A stretch of DNA of 64,000 nt from the human T2T-CHM13v2.0 reference genome, Homo sapiens: assembly GCF_009914755.1 (NCBI RefSeq), contig NC_060932.1; one strand, written 5' to 3'. The translations under genes and the position numbers were made by a program. The notes beneath the pieces were generated by a model. That model saw nothing but the letters and a program-made list of their open reading frames with translations, did not search any database and was not told the origin of the DNA. Within the stretch, counting starts at the first letter, position 1. The number at the start of each line of letters is the position of its first letter. Below are positions 29,132 to 39,866 of the stretch, piece after piece.

Positions 29132-29662
29132 TATTTTAAATAAAGTTTCAGTGTGACAAAAGAAGTAGCACTGGAATATAAAATTTTCTTTTTAATTCTC
29201 AGCAAGGCAAGTTACTTCTATAGAAGGGTGCACCCTTACAGATGAAGCAATGGTGAGTGAATACTTGGACAAGGGAGGGGAGGGGGTTATTATCCCTGAC
29301 GCATGTGGCCCCTGCTGCTGTCTAGTTCTGCTACTGGCTAGGGTTAGACCGCACAGGCTAAACTAATTCCAATTGGTTAATTTAAAGAGAGAGATGGGGT
29401 GAGTGGTTTGGCAGGAAAAATGATTATGCAGGTTGGAGAATGAGTCAGGATGGAGCAGGTAGCAGGTAATTGGAATGAGTCAGGGTGGGGCAGGTGATTC
29501 AAATGAGTCAGGGTGGAGCCAGTGATTGAATTGAGTCATGGTGGAGCAGGTAATCGAAAAAGGTTGCTTTATGAGGAAGTTAAGTTTAAAAGTACAAGGC
29601 AAAGATTTGAACATACTGACATATTGATTCTTTGAAATGAAATTTAGAACTCATATCTGACA
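29132..29662 (-). mobile_element. LTR10 (LTR10A/F-like, HERV-I/IP10 family) solo LTR nested antisense in HERV-H gag
   Basis: Minus strand begins TGTCAGATATGAGTTCTAAATTTC...AAAGAATCAATATGTCAGTATGTTC as in LTR10A; gag sequence GCATTTTA|TTACCCAATCC resumes after it. Confidence 0.9.
29437..29556. repeat. LTR10 28-bp tandem repeat with four AP-1 sites (TGAGTCA)
   Basis: TGAGTCA at 29441, 29476, 29504 and 29532; unit about GAATGAGTCAGGGTGGAGCAGGTAATTG. Confidence 0.9.
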
Positions 29663-30149
29663 TTACCCAATCCACTCCCGACATTAGAAAAAGCTCCAAA
29701 AGTTATATTCTGGCCCTCAAACTCCACAACAGGACTTAATTAAACTTGCCTTCAAGGTATACAATAATAGAGAAGAGGCAGTGAAGCGGCAACATATTTC
29801 TGAGTTGAAATTACTTGCCTCCGCTGTGAGAGAAACCCCAGCCACATCTCCAGCACACAAGAACTTCAGAATGCCTAAACCGCAGCAGCCAGGTGTTCCT
29901 CCAGGGCCTCCTCCCCCAGGATCTTGCTTCAAGTGCCAGAAATCTGGCCACTAGGCCAAGGAATGCCTGCAGCCCATGATTCTTCCTAAGTCGTGTCCCA
30001 TCTGGGCGGGACGCCACTGGAAATTGGATGGTCCAACTTGTCTGGCAGCCACTCCCAGAGCCCCTGGAACTCTGGCCCAAGGCTCTCTGATTGACTCCTT
30101 CCCAGATCTTCTTGGCTTAGCAGCTGAAGACTGATGCAGCCCAATTGCC

Positions 30150-32780
30150 TTGGAAGCACCCTGGACCACTATAGATGCTTCAGTGGAGGGTAAGTCCATC
30201 CCCTTCTTAATCCATACAGAGGCTACCCCCTACACATTACCTTCTTTTCAAGAGCCGGTTTCCCTTGCCTCCATAACTGTTGTGGGTATTGACAGCCAGG
30301 CTTCTAAACCTCTTAAAACTCCACAACTGGTGCCAACTTGGACAATATTCTTTTATGCACTCTTTGTTAGTTGTCCCCACCTGCCCAGCTCCCATATTAG
30401 GTCCAGACATTTTAACTAAATTATCTGCTTCCCTGACTATTCCTGGGCTACAGCCACACCTCATTGCCACCCTTTTCCCCAGTTCAAAGTCTCCTTCGCA
30501 TCCTCCCATTGTGTCTCCCTACATTAATCCACAAATATGGGATACCTCTACTCCCTCCTTGGTGACCGATCATGCACCCCTTATAATCCCATTAAAAGCT
30601 AATCACCCTTACCCTGCTCAATGCCAATCTCCCATCCCACAACAGGCTTTAAAAGGGTTAAAGCCTGTTATCACCCACCTGTTACAACATGGCCTCTTAA
30701 AGCCTATAAATTCTCCTTACAACTCCCCTATCCTACCCATCCAGAAACCAGACAAGTCTTACAGGTTGGTTCAGGATCTTTGCCTTATTAATCAAATCGT
30801 CCTTCCCATCCATCTTATAGTGCCAAACCTGTACACCCTCCTATCTTCAATACCCGCTTCCACAACTCACTATTCTGTTATCAACCTCAAAGATGCCTTC
30901 AAAAGCACAGGCTATACTCCACTTACCCTTTACAATTCTCACAACCTTCAAGCAATAATATGCTCCTCACACCTTTCACATTTATTGTCTGCCCCTTGAC
31001 TCCTCTGGCTCTACTGTCTCTTAGTTGAAATTCCAAAAGTAACTATTAACCATGGGCCCAATTTCAACCCAGCTTCTCACTTAGCACATAACACAAGTCT
31101 TGAACCACATGACTGTATTTCCCTAATACACATAGCATCTTCCCCCTTTCCTTATATTTCTATTCTTCCAATTCCAAACCCAGACCACACTTGGTTTATC
31201 GATGGCAGTTCTTCTAAACCCAATCAATTTTCACCAGCTAAAGCTGCATATGCTGTCGTGTCCCACACCTCTGTTATAGAAGCTGCTGCACTTCTTCCCT
31301 CCACCACTTTTCAACAAGCCGAACTGATTGCTTTAACTTATGTGCTCTCTTTTGCTAAAGGAATGCACATTAATATTTGTACTGACTCCAAATATGCTTT
31401 CCACATCCTCCATAACCATGCTGCCATCTGGGCCGAAAAAGGCTTCCTTATCACATAAGGCTCTTCCATTATCAATGCCTCCCTAATAAAGATCCTCCTT
31501 AAGGCTGCTCTCCTGCCAGCCAATGCTGGAGTCATTCATTGTAAACGACACCAGAAACCTACTGATCTTATTGCAAAAGGAAATGCCTATGCTGACAGGA
31601 CAGCAAAAGAAATAGCCGGTGCCTCCACACCCACTAATATTCCAGCCCCTACTCCAGAGGGCCAGTATTTTTCTGTCTCCTCTATCACTCCCACCTACTC
31701 TTCTTCTGAAAACCTGCTCTACCAGTCTTTTCCAACTCAGGGCAAGTGGTTCTTAGATCATGGAAAATTCATTCTTCCTGCCTCACAAGCTCAGTCCATT
31801 CTTTCTTCCCTTCATGACCACTTCCATGTGGGATACAAGCCTCTGGCTTGCCTCCTGCAGCCCCTCATCTCCTTCCCTTCATGGATATCCATCTTCAAGA
31901 CCATCACCTCTCAATATTCTGTCTGCCATGCCACCAGCCCCCAAAGCTTTCTCAGGCCTCCTCCTTTTCCTATGCATTCAGGCTTGTGGATTTACTCCAA
32001 CACAAAATTGGCAAATTAACTTTATTCATATGCCCCATGTCTGTAAATTTAAATATCTCCTGGTTTGGATCAACACCTTTGCTGGATGGATCGAGGCCTT
32101 TCCCACTAGCTCTGAAAAGGCTACAGCAGTAATTTATTCCCTTCTGACAGATATAATTCCCTTACGTGGCCTCCCTACTTCCATTCAATCTGACAATGGT
32201 CTGGCCTTTATTAGTCAAATCACCCAGGCAGTTTCTCAGGCTCTTGATATTCAGTGGAAACTTCATATCCCCTACCATCCTCAATCTCCAGGAAAGGTAG
32301 AATGGATGAATGGTCTTTTAAAAACAAACCTCACCAAGCTCAACCTCCAACTTAAAAAGGACTGGACATTACTTCTACCACTTGCCCTTCTTAGAATTAG
32401 AGCTTGCCTTCGATATGCTATAGGGTACAGTCCATTTAAACTTTTATATGGATGCACTTTCTTGCACGGCCCCAACCTTGTTCCAGACACCAGCCCTCTG
32501 GGCAATTATCTTCCAGTCCTCCAGCAGGCTAGACAGGAAATTCGCCAGGCTGCTAATCTTCTCTTGCCTACTCCAGATTCCCAGCCATATAAAGACACCT
32601 TAGCTGGACGATCAGTTCTTGTTAAGAGTCTGACCCCTCAAACTCTACAGCCTTGGTGGACCAGACCCTACCTAGTCATCTATAGCACCCCAACTGCCGT
32701 CCATCTGCAGGACCCTCCCCATTAGGTTCACCATTCCAGGATAAAGCTGTGTCCATCCAACAGCCAGCCTGATCTCTCCT
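30150..32780 (+). pseudogene. pol: HERV-H pro-pol remnant: protease, truncated RT, RNase H, integrase
   Basis: FLIHTEAT (degenerate DTGA), SPYNSPILPIQKPDKSYRLVQDL, NLKDAF then deletion; WFIDGSS, QQAELIAL, IQSDNGLAF, HPQSPGKVE; stops and frameshifts. Confidence 0.9.
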
Positions 32781-32859
32781 CTTCCTCCTGGAAGTCGCAA
32801 GTACTCTCCCCTACTTTCCTTAAACTCACTCGTATTTCTGAAGAACAGTAATAACCCTT

Positions 32860-33900
32860 ATGAGCCTAATACATCCCTTCATTCTATTAGGTCTATTCAT
32901 CCTTACCCTACACTTTGCAACAGGGCTTTACACAGTCACCCCTGCTGCTTGGACTGTGCCCCAAAAACTTGTCATCCCTACTATCTTCTGTCTAATCATA
33001 CCCTATTCATAATTCTCAACTACTCATAAATCCCCTGCCCCAGTTTATACTTTTACACTGCCAGTTTACACTTTTCCTTCAAACCATCATAGCGGATATC
33101 TCCTGGTACTATCCCCAATCTACCACTCTTGACTGCCTCTTGGAGTGGATAGATGATCTTTGCTGACAGGGCACCCTCCAATACTTTCACCCTGATGAAG
33201 TCCTATTCTTTACTTTTATACTCACTCTTATTCTCATTCCCGTTCTTATGCCACCCTCTACCTCTCCCCTGCTATCTCCACCACACTATCAGTCTCACTC
33301 ACTCTCTCTAGCCATTTCTAATCCTTCTTTAACAAACAATTGCTGGCTTTGAATTTCTCTTTCCTCTAAAACCACTGAGGCCTCAACTTACTCACTCCTG
33401 GAAAAGGAGAACTACGTATATTTTTAAATGAGGAGTGTTGTTTTTACCTAAATCAATCTGGCCTGGTATATGACAGCATAAAAAAACTCAAGGATAGAGC
33501 CCAAAAACTCACCAACCAAGCAAATAATTGCACTGAACCACCTTGGGCACTCTCTAATTAAATATCCTAGGTCCTCCCAATTCTTAGTCCTTTAATACGT
33601 GTTTTTCTCCTCTTATTCAGACCTTGTGTCTTCCATTTAGTTTCTCTATTCATACAAAACTGCATCCAGACCATCACCAATCATTCTGTATGACAAATCC
33701 TCCTTCTAACAACCCCACAATCTCTCCCCTTACCCCAAAATCTTTCTTCAGTTTAATCTCTCCCACTGTAGGTTCCCACACCAACCTTAATCCCACTCAA
33801 AGCAACCCTGAGAAACATCACGCATTATCTCTCCATACCATCCCAAAAAATTTTTGCCACCCCAACACTTCACCACTATTTTGTTTTGTTTTTCCTATTA
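32860..33900 (+). pseudogene. env: HERV-H env remnant (SU largely deleted, TM immunosuppressive region degenerate)
   Basis: About 33365-33530 encodes N-H-*-GLNLLTPGKGELRIFLNEECCFYLNQSGLVYDSIKKLKDRAQKL. Confidence 0.8.
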
Positions 33901-33917
33901 ATATAAGAAGACAGGAA

Positions 33918-34356
33918 TGTCAGACTTCTGAGCCCAAGCTAAGCTGTCATAACCCCGTATCCTGCACCTATATATCCAGATGGCCTGAAGCAACTGAAGA
34001 ACCAAAAAAGAAGGGAAATAATCAGTTCCTGCCTTAACTAATGACATTCCACCATTGTGATTTGTTCCTGCCACAACCTAACTGATCAATTGACCTTGTG
34101 ACATTCCCTCTCCTGGACAGTGAATCTCAGGAGCTCCCCACTAAGCACCTTGTTGTCCCCACCCCTGCCAGCAAGAGAAAACCCCCTTTAATGATAATTT
34201 TCCACTACCTACCCAAATCCAATAAAACTGCCCCACCCCTATCTCCCTTTGCTGACTCCTTTTTTGGACTCAGTCCACCTGCACCCAGGCTATTAAAAAG
34301 CTTTATTGCTAATGCAAAGCCTGTTTGATATTCTCTTCACACAGACACAAGTAACA
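33918..34356 (+). promoter_or_regulatory. HERV-H 3' LTR (LTR7C-like)
   Basis: TGTCAGACTTCTGAGCCCAAGC...GTAACA, preceded by PPT; ATTAAA at 34292. Confidence 0.95.
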
Positions 34357-36210
34357 GAGAGGGGGTCATATCTAGCCTTCCTTGCTCCCCAGGGTACTCC
34401 TGCAGAAGAGGCTGCATCTCTGCCCATTGAGCACCCACCAGCATGGGCTGCAAGTGGAAGCTTCTCCCACTTCTTCAGTGGCCGCAACCCCACCAAAGGT
34501 GAGGATGTGCTGGAGGAGGGAGCTTTTTGCACTTCTCTGTTGCTCTGGCCCTCACTGAGGATGAGCACTCACAGAATAAGAGCCTACCCACTGGCTCTTA
34601 CTCTTAAGCGCTATCTACTGGACTAATTAATGAATTACACCACCAAACAAAAGTGTAACACTGCAATAAGCAACATCTGAAAAAGCCACCAAATGGACCT
34701 ATCTGCAACTGAGGAACCCATACAGAGACTTCGCCCTCTGAAAACATCCAGAAATGAAGACAACTGATCATACGCAACATAAATCACACTCATACTTTCA
34801 AGGAAAAGAATAATAAAAGAAAAGCCTCATCCAATGATATTCAAAAAAATAAAAAAAGAAGCAGCAGATCCTTCAGATAAGAACCAGCACAAGAATTCCA
34901 GCAATACAAAAAGCCAGTGTTTCGTCACACCCAAAGGCGCCTAAGAATCCTAACCAGAATGAAATGCCTGAAATGACAGATGTAGAATTCAGAATATGGC
35001 TGACAAGAAAACTCAACAAGATCTAACAGAAAGTTGATATCTAACAAAAAGAAAATAGAAAAAAATAATCCAGGATTTGAAATATGATATAGCTATACTA
35101 AAACAAACAAACAAAACAGAATTTCTGGAATTGGAAAATTTACTATAGGAATTTCAAAATAAAAATTGGAAGCCTTACCAACAGACTAGATAAAGCAGAA
35201 GAATTTCAAAGATCAAATACTGGTCCTTCAAATCAACCCAGTGAAACAAAAATAAAGAAAAAAATAATTTTAGAAAATGAACAAAGCCTTTAGGAAGTAG
35301 AGGATTATGTAAAGTGACAAAATCTACAACATATTGGCATTCCTGAAGAGAAGAAGAGAAAGTAACTTGGAAAACATGCTTGAGGATGTAATTCAGTAAC
35401 ATTTCATCAAGTCCTCGAAAGCAAACGCAACAAAAACAAAAGTTGACAATTGGGATCTAACTAAAGAACTTCTGCAGAGCAACAGAGACTATCAACAGCA
35501 TAAACTGACAACCTACAGAATGGGAGAAAATACTTGCAAATTCTGCCTCTGACAAAGGACTAATATCCAGAAGCTATAGGGAACTTAAACCAATCAACAA
35601 CAAAAACCCATTAAAAGTAGGCAAAGGACATGAACAGACACTGCTCAAAAGAAGACATACAAGTGGCCAAAAAGCATGAAAAAACACTTAACGTCATAAA
35701 TTATCAGAGAGAGGCAAATCAAAACCACAATGAGATGCTATCTCACACCAGTGGGAATGGCATCACTAAAAAGTCAAAAAACAACAGACATTAGTGAGGG
35801 TGCAAAGAAAAGGGAACATTTATACACTGTTGGTGGGAATGCTAATTAGTTTAGTCCCTGTGGAAAGTAGGAGATTTCTCAAAGAACCAAAAATAGAATT
35901 ACCATTCAACCCAGAAATCCAATTACTGGGTACATACCAAAAGGAAAATAAATAATTCTACCAAAAAGACAAATGCTCTCACATGTTTATCACAGCACTG
36001 TTTCACAATTCCAAAGACATGGAATCAACCTAGGTACCCATCACTGGTGGACTGGGTAAAGAAAATATGGTACATATACACCATGGAATACTACACAGCC
36101 ATGAAAAAGAATGAAATAATGTCATTTGCAGCAACATAGATGCAGCTGGAGGGCATTATCCTAAGTGAATTAATGCAAAACAGAAAATCAAACACTGCAT
36201 TTTCTCCCTT
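34357..36210 (+). mobile_element. L1PA15/16-like continuation: rest of 5'UTR, ORF1 N-half fused to ORF2 C-terminus
   Basis: ORF1-like GAAATGCCTGAAATGACAGATGTAGAATTCAGAATATGG; from about 35408 ORF2 C-terminus (AAAGAAGACATACAAGTGGCC; GATGCAGCTGGAGGGCATTATCCTAAGTGAATTAATGC). Confidence 0.85.
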
Positions 36211-36751
36211 GGATGAGATTTGCATATTTGGCCATCATTAAGCAAGCTCACTAACAACCTAGGGAAAGTCATTGCAAGCCAGTATTCAATGGGAGTACCA
36301 TGGTTGACAGTGTCATGATTAAAAATGTAACCATAATTAAATAGTACTAGAGAAATGTAGATGCAAGAAAATCTACATTAAGTATACCTTCCAAAGAGCA
36401 ATAGCATTGCAAAGTAATAACAGTGTTGTACCATTTCCTTGTGTTGAAGCATATGAAATATCCAGGCATGGCATATTTGAAATTAAACATAAGTGGAATA
36501 TATTACAATAAAGAAAACAAAGAGGTGGCTCCTGGACCTCAACAGAAAGAGATGCTGTTGTGAAATTATGCAGACACTTCATGTGCATAGATTACAAAAG
36601 AAATAGTACATATGCACCTTTCCTCTACTCATTATCTAATTTTTCATAGATAAATAAATCACTGTATCACCCATAAGCCCATGAATGGTATAATACATTT
36701 TTGTTTTAGTCAAAATTAATTTAGCTGTAATTATGTTTATCATATGTATAC

Positions 36752-37229
36752 GTTCCAAACTTTTATGCTCTGCTTCCTCTTAAATGCTTTGCCACATAGA
36801 AATTTATTCTGCCAGATACCCTAAATAATCTCTCTCAGGTTCAAAGTAACACAGATCTCTAGGGCAAGGGCAAAATGCTACCAGTCTCTTTGCATAGCAA
36901 GAGTGACCTTTACTCCAGTTTCCAATAAGTTATTCATTTCCATCTGAGACCACCTCAGCCTGGACTTCATTGTCCATATCACTATCAGCATTTTGATCAG
37001 AGCTATTCAACAAGTCTCTAGGAAGTTCCAAACATTCCCACATCTTCTTGTCTTCTGAGCCCTCCAAGTCTCTAGGAAGGTCCAAGCTTTCCCACATTTT
37101 CCTGTCTTCTTCTGAAAGACAGAAGCCCTCCAAATTGTTCCAACCTTTGTCTGTTATCCAGTTCCAAAGTCGCTTCCACATTTTGTGTATCCTTACAGCA
37201 ACACCCACTGTCTCCTAGTACCTGTTTAC
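36752..37229 (-). mobile_element. THE1 internal fragment (MaLR)
   Basis: CATCTGAGACCACCTCAGCCTGGACTTCATTGTCCATATCACTATCAGCATTTTG; minus ORF LELPRDLLNSSDQNADSDMDNEVQAEVVSDG is typical of MaLR-int. Confidence 0.88.
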
Positions 37230-37603
37230 TGTATTAGTCCATTCTCATGCTTCTATAAAGAACTGCCTGAGACTGGGTAATTTACAAAGGAAAGAGGTTT
37301 AATTGACTAACAGCTCCACAGGGGTGGGGAGGCCTCAGTAAACTTACAATCATGGAGGAAAGGGAAGCAAACACATCCTTCTTCAAATAGCAGCAGGAAG
37401 GAGAAGTACCAAGCAAAGGGGAAAAAGCTCCATATAAAACCGTCAGATTTCATGAGAACTCACTCACTATCATGAGAACAGCATGGGGGTCACTGCCCCC
37501 ATGATTCAGTTACCTCCCACTGGGTCACTCCCATGACATGTTGGGATTATGGGAACTAAAATTCAAGATGAGATTTGGGTGGGGACACCGCCAAATCATA
37601 TCA
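37230..37603 (-). mobile_element. THE1C/D-like LTR
   Basis: TGTATTAGTCCATTCTCATGC...GAGACTGGGTAATTTA...ATTCAAGATGAGATTTGGGTGGGGACAC...ATATCA. Confidence 0.9.
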
Positions 37604-38165
37604 ATGTGCGAATGGTGGAAAAGTAGAGGAACAATTCATGAAAAAGTCCAAGTTATATTCTGAAGAGGGAGTACTGTGTATGCTTACATTAGAATAAGTA
37701 GTACAAACTCTAACTGAATTTAAATATCTTGATGTGGTCTGGAGCAGTTAGTGAAAGTCTCAGGAGACAGTAGAAGTCTCAAGAAAGGGTATTATATAAC
37801 ATTTAAAAAATTATGTTTCTGAATATCTACAAAGATTATTTTATTAATGGAATTTGGCCTTCTGGGTATCTTTGTTATTCCTTATGCTTCATAAATTCTC
37901 TATCATATTTGATAGTTTTGTTCAATCCCACCACTAAAAGTTTATCTCCTAGCTTTAGTAACGGTGTATTATTTTGTACTTCTCCTTCTTTGGCATCTAT
38001 CATCCTAGTTTTCAGATCTAACCTGTAAGAGTTCTGTTTCTATTTTGGTTTTCTTCTTTATTCATTTCTCGCTTCAGTAATCTCATCCTTTCTTTCTTTC
38101 TGATGATCATCACTTCCAGGCAGATGACTACTGTGTGTATATTTATTTACTTATTGTTTTGTTTG

Positions 38166-38581
38166 TGATATAATTTGGATCTGTGTCCCCACCCACATCT
38201 CATGTTTGATTGTAATTCTCAATGTTGTAGGTGGGGGCTGGTAGGAGGTGATTGGATCATGGGGGCAAACTTCTCATGATCAGTTTAGTACCATACCTCT
38301 TGGTACTGTCCTCATGATAGTGAGTGAGTTCTCATGAGATCTGGTCATTTAAAAAGTATGTAGCTCCTCCTCCTCACTCTCTTGCTCCTGCTTTCACCAT
38401 GTGGTATGCTTGCTCTTGCTTCGCCTTCCACCATGAGTAAAAACTCCCTGAGGTTTCCCCAAGAAGATGCTGGTGCCATGATTCCTGTACAGCCTCCACA
38501 GCTAAAAGCCAATTAAACCTATTTTCTTTATAAATTACCCAGTCAGATTTTTTTATAACTCTGAGAGAATGGACTAACACA
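38166..38581 (+). mobile_element. MSTA-like solo LTR
   Basis: TGATATAATTTGGATCTGTGTCCCCACC...ATAAATTACCCAGTC...GGACTAACACA; perfect 5-bp TSD GTTTG. Confidence 0.92.
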
Positions 38582-38599
38582 GTTTGTTGGGTAATTTTT

Positions 38600-38825
38600 G
38601 TTGTTGTTTTTAATTTTTTTCTTAAAATTTTATTTTTTTTAAAGTTCAATAGTTTTAGGGACAAGAGTGGTTTTTGGTTACATAGATGAATTGTATAAGT
38701 GAGAGCATGAGGTATCTGGTTTTTGATTCCTGAGTTACTTCACCTAAAATAATGACCTCCAGTTCCATTCAAGTTGCTGCAGATGACATTATTTCATTCT
38801 TTTTTATGGCTGAGTAGTATCCCAT

Positions 38826-38868
<43 letters not shown>

Positions 38869-39866
38869 TACACACATTTTCTTTATCCACTCATTGGTTG
38901 ATGGACACTTAAGTTGATTCCATACCTTTGCAATTGTAAATTGTGCTGTGACAAACATATGCATGCATGTGTATTTTTGCTGCAGTGATTTCTCTTCCCC
39001 TGGTTAGATGCCCAGTAGTGGGATTGCTGCATTGAATGGTAGATCTACTTTTAGTTCTTTGAGTGATTTCCATACCATATTCCATAGCAGTTTTACTAAT
39101 TTACATTTTCACCAGCAGTGCATAAGCATTCTTTTTTCACCACATGTTTGTCAACATCTTTATATTTTTTGACTTTTTAATAATGGCCATTCTGGCTGAG
39201 GTAAGGTAGTATCTCATTGTGGTCTTAATTTGCATTTTACTGATGGTTCATGATTTTGAGCCTTTTTTCCTATATTTGTTGGCCATTAATATATCTCATT
39301 TTGAGAATTGTGCATTCATGTCCTCTGCCCACTTTTAAATATAATTATTTGTTTTTCTTCTTGCTGATTTGCTTGAGTTCCTTGTGGAGTCTGGTTATTA
39401 GTCATTTGTTGAATGCATAATTTGCAAATCTTTTCTCCTGTTCTGTAGGTTGTCTGTTTACTCTGATGATTATTTCTTTTGCTGTGCAGAAGCTTTTTCA
39501 TTTAATTAGGTTCCACTTACTTATTTTTGTTTTTCTTGCATTTGCTTTGGATTCTTATAAATTTTTTGCTTACGCCAATGTCCAGAAGAGGTTTTCTTAG
39601 TTTTTCTTTTGGACTTTTTATGGTTTCAAGTCTGAGATTTAGGTTTTTAATCCATCCTGAGTTAATTTTTGTATATGACGAGAGATAAGGATCCAGTTTC
39701 ATTCTATATGTGGCTATCCAATGTTCCCAGCACTGTGTATTCAATAGGATGTCCTTTCCCCAATGTATGTTTCTGCGTGCTTTGTCAAAGATCAGTTGGT
39801 TGTCAGTATTTGGCTTTATTTCTGAGTTCTTTATTCTGTTCTATTGGTCTATGTATCTACTTTTTA
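38600..39866 (-). mobile_element. 5'-truncated L1PB-like element with (AT)n expansion
   Basis: T-rich tail, TTTTTGGTTACATAGATGAA, GATTCCTGAGTTACTTCAC, then antisense ORF2 C-terminus. Confidence 0.88.

Larger units (their letters stand above)
28328..30134 (+). pseudogene. gag: HERV-H gag remnant (frameshifts, stops, LTR10 insertion)
   Basis: MGKLLPSIPPSSPLACILKNL, PPPYNP late domain, zinc knuckle CFKCQKSGH*AKEC at about 29925-29966. Confidence 0.85.
27404..34356 (+). mobile_element. HERV-H endogenous retrovirus provirus with both LTRs, defective
   Basis: Paired LTR7-family LTRs, PBS, gag/pro/pol/env remnants, PPT AAGAAGACAGGAA; 5-bp TSD GAAAG (27399-27403) / GAGAG (34357-34361). Confidence 0.96.

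Noticed and set aside
29437-29556. Regularly spaced 28-bp repeats as a CRISPR-like array
   Set aside because: There are no unique spacers, the context is eukaryotic, and it is the known LTR10 tandem repeat.
30280-32725. 239-aa and 321-aa HERV-H ORFs as functional RT or integrase
   Set aside because: RT lacks its catalytic core. The integrase ORF starts out of frame and its first catalytic Asp reads N (WQINF); surrounding stops and frameshifts indicate decay.
37010-37115. Duplicated CAAGTCTCTAGGAAG...CCCACAT...GTCTTCT block
   Set aside because: It lies inside THE1-int; I recall this duplication as a feature of the family itself, so it is not treated as locus-specific.
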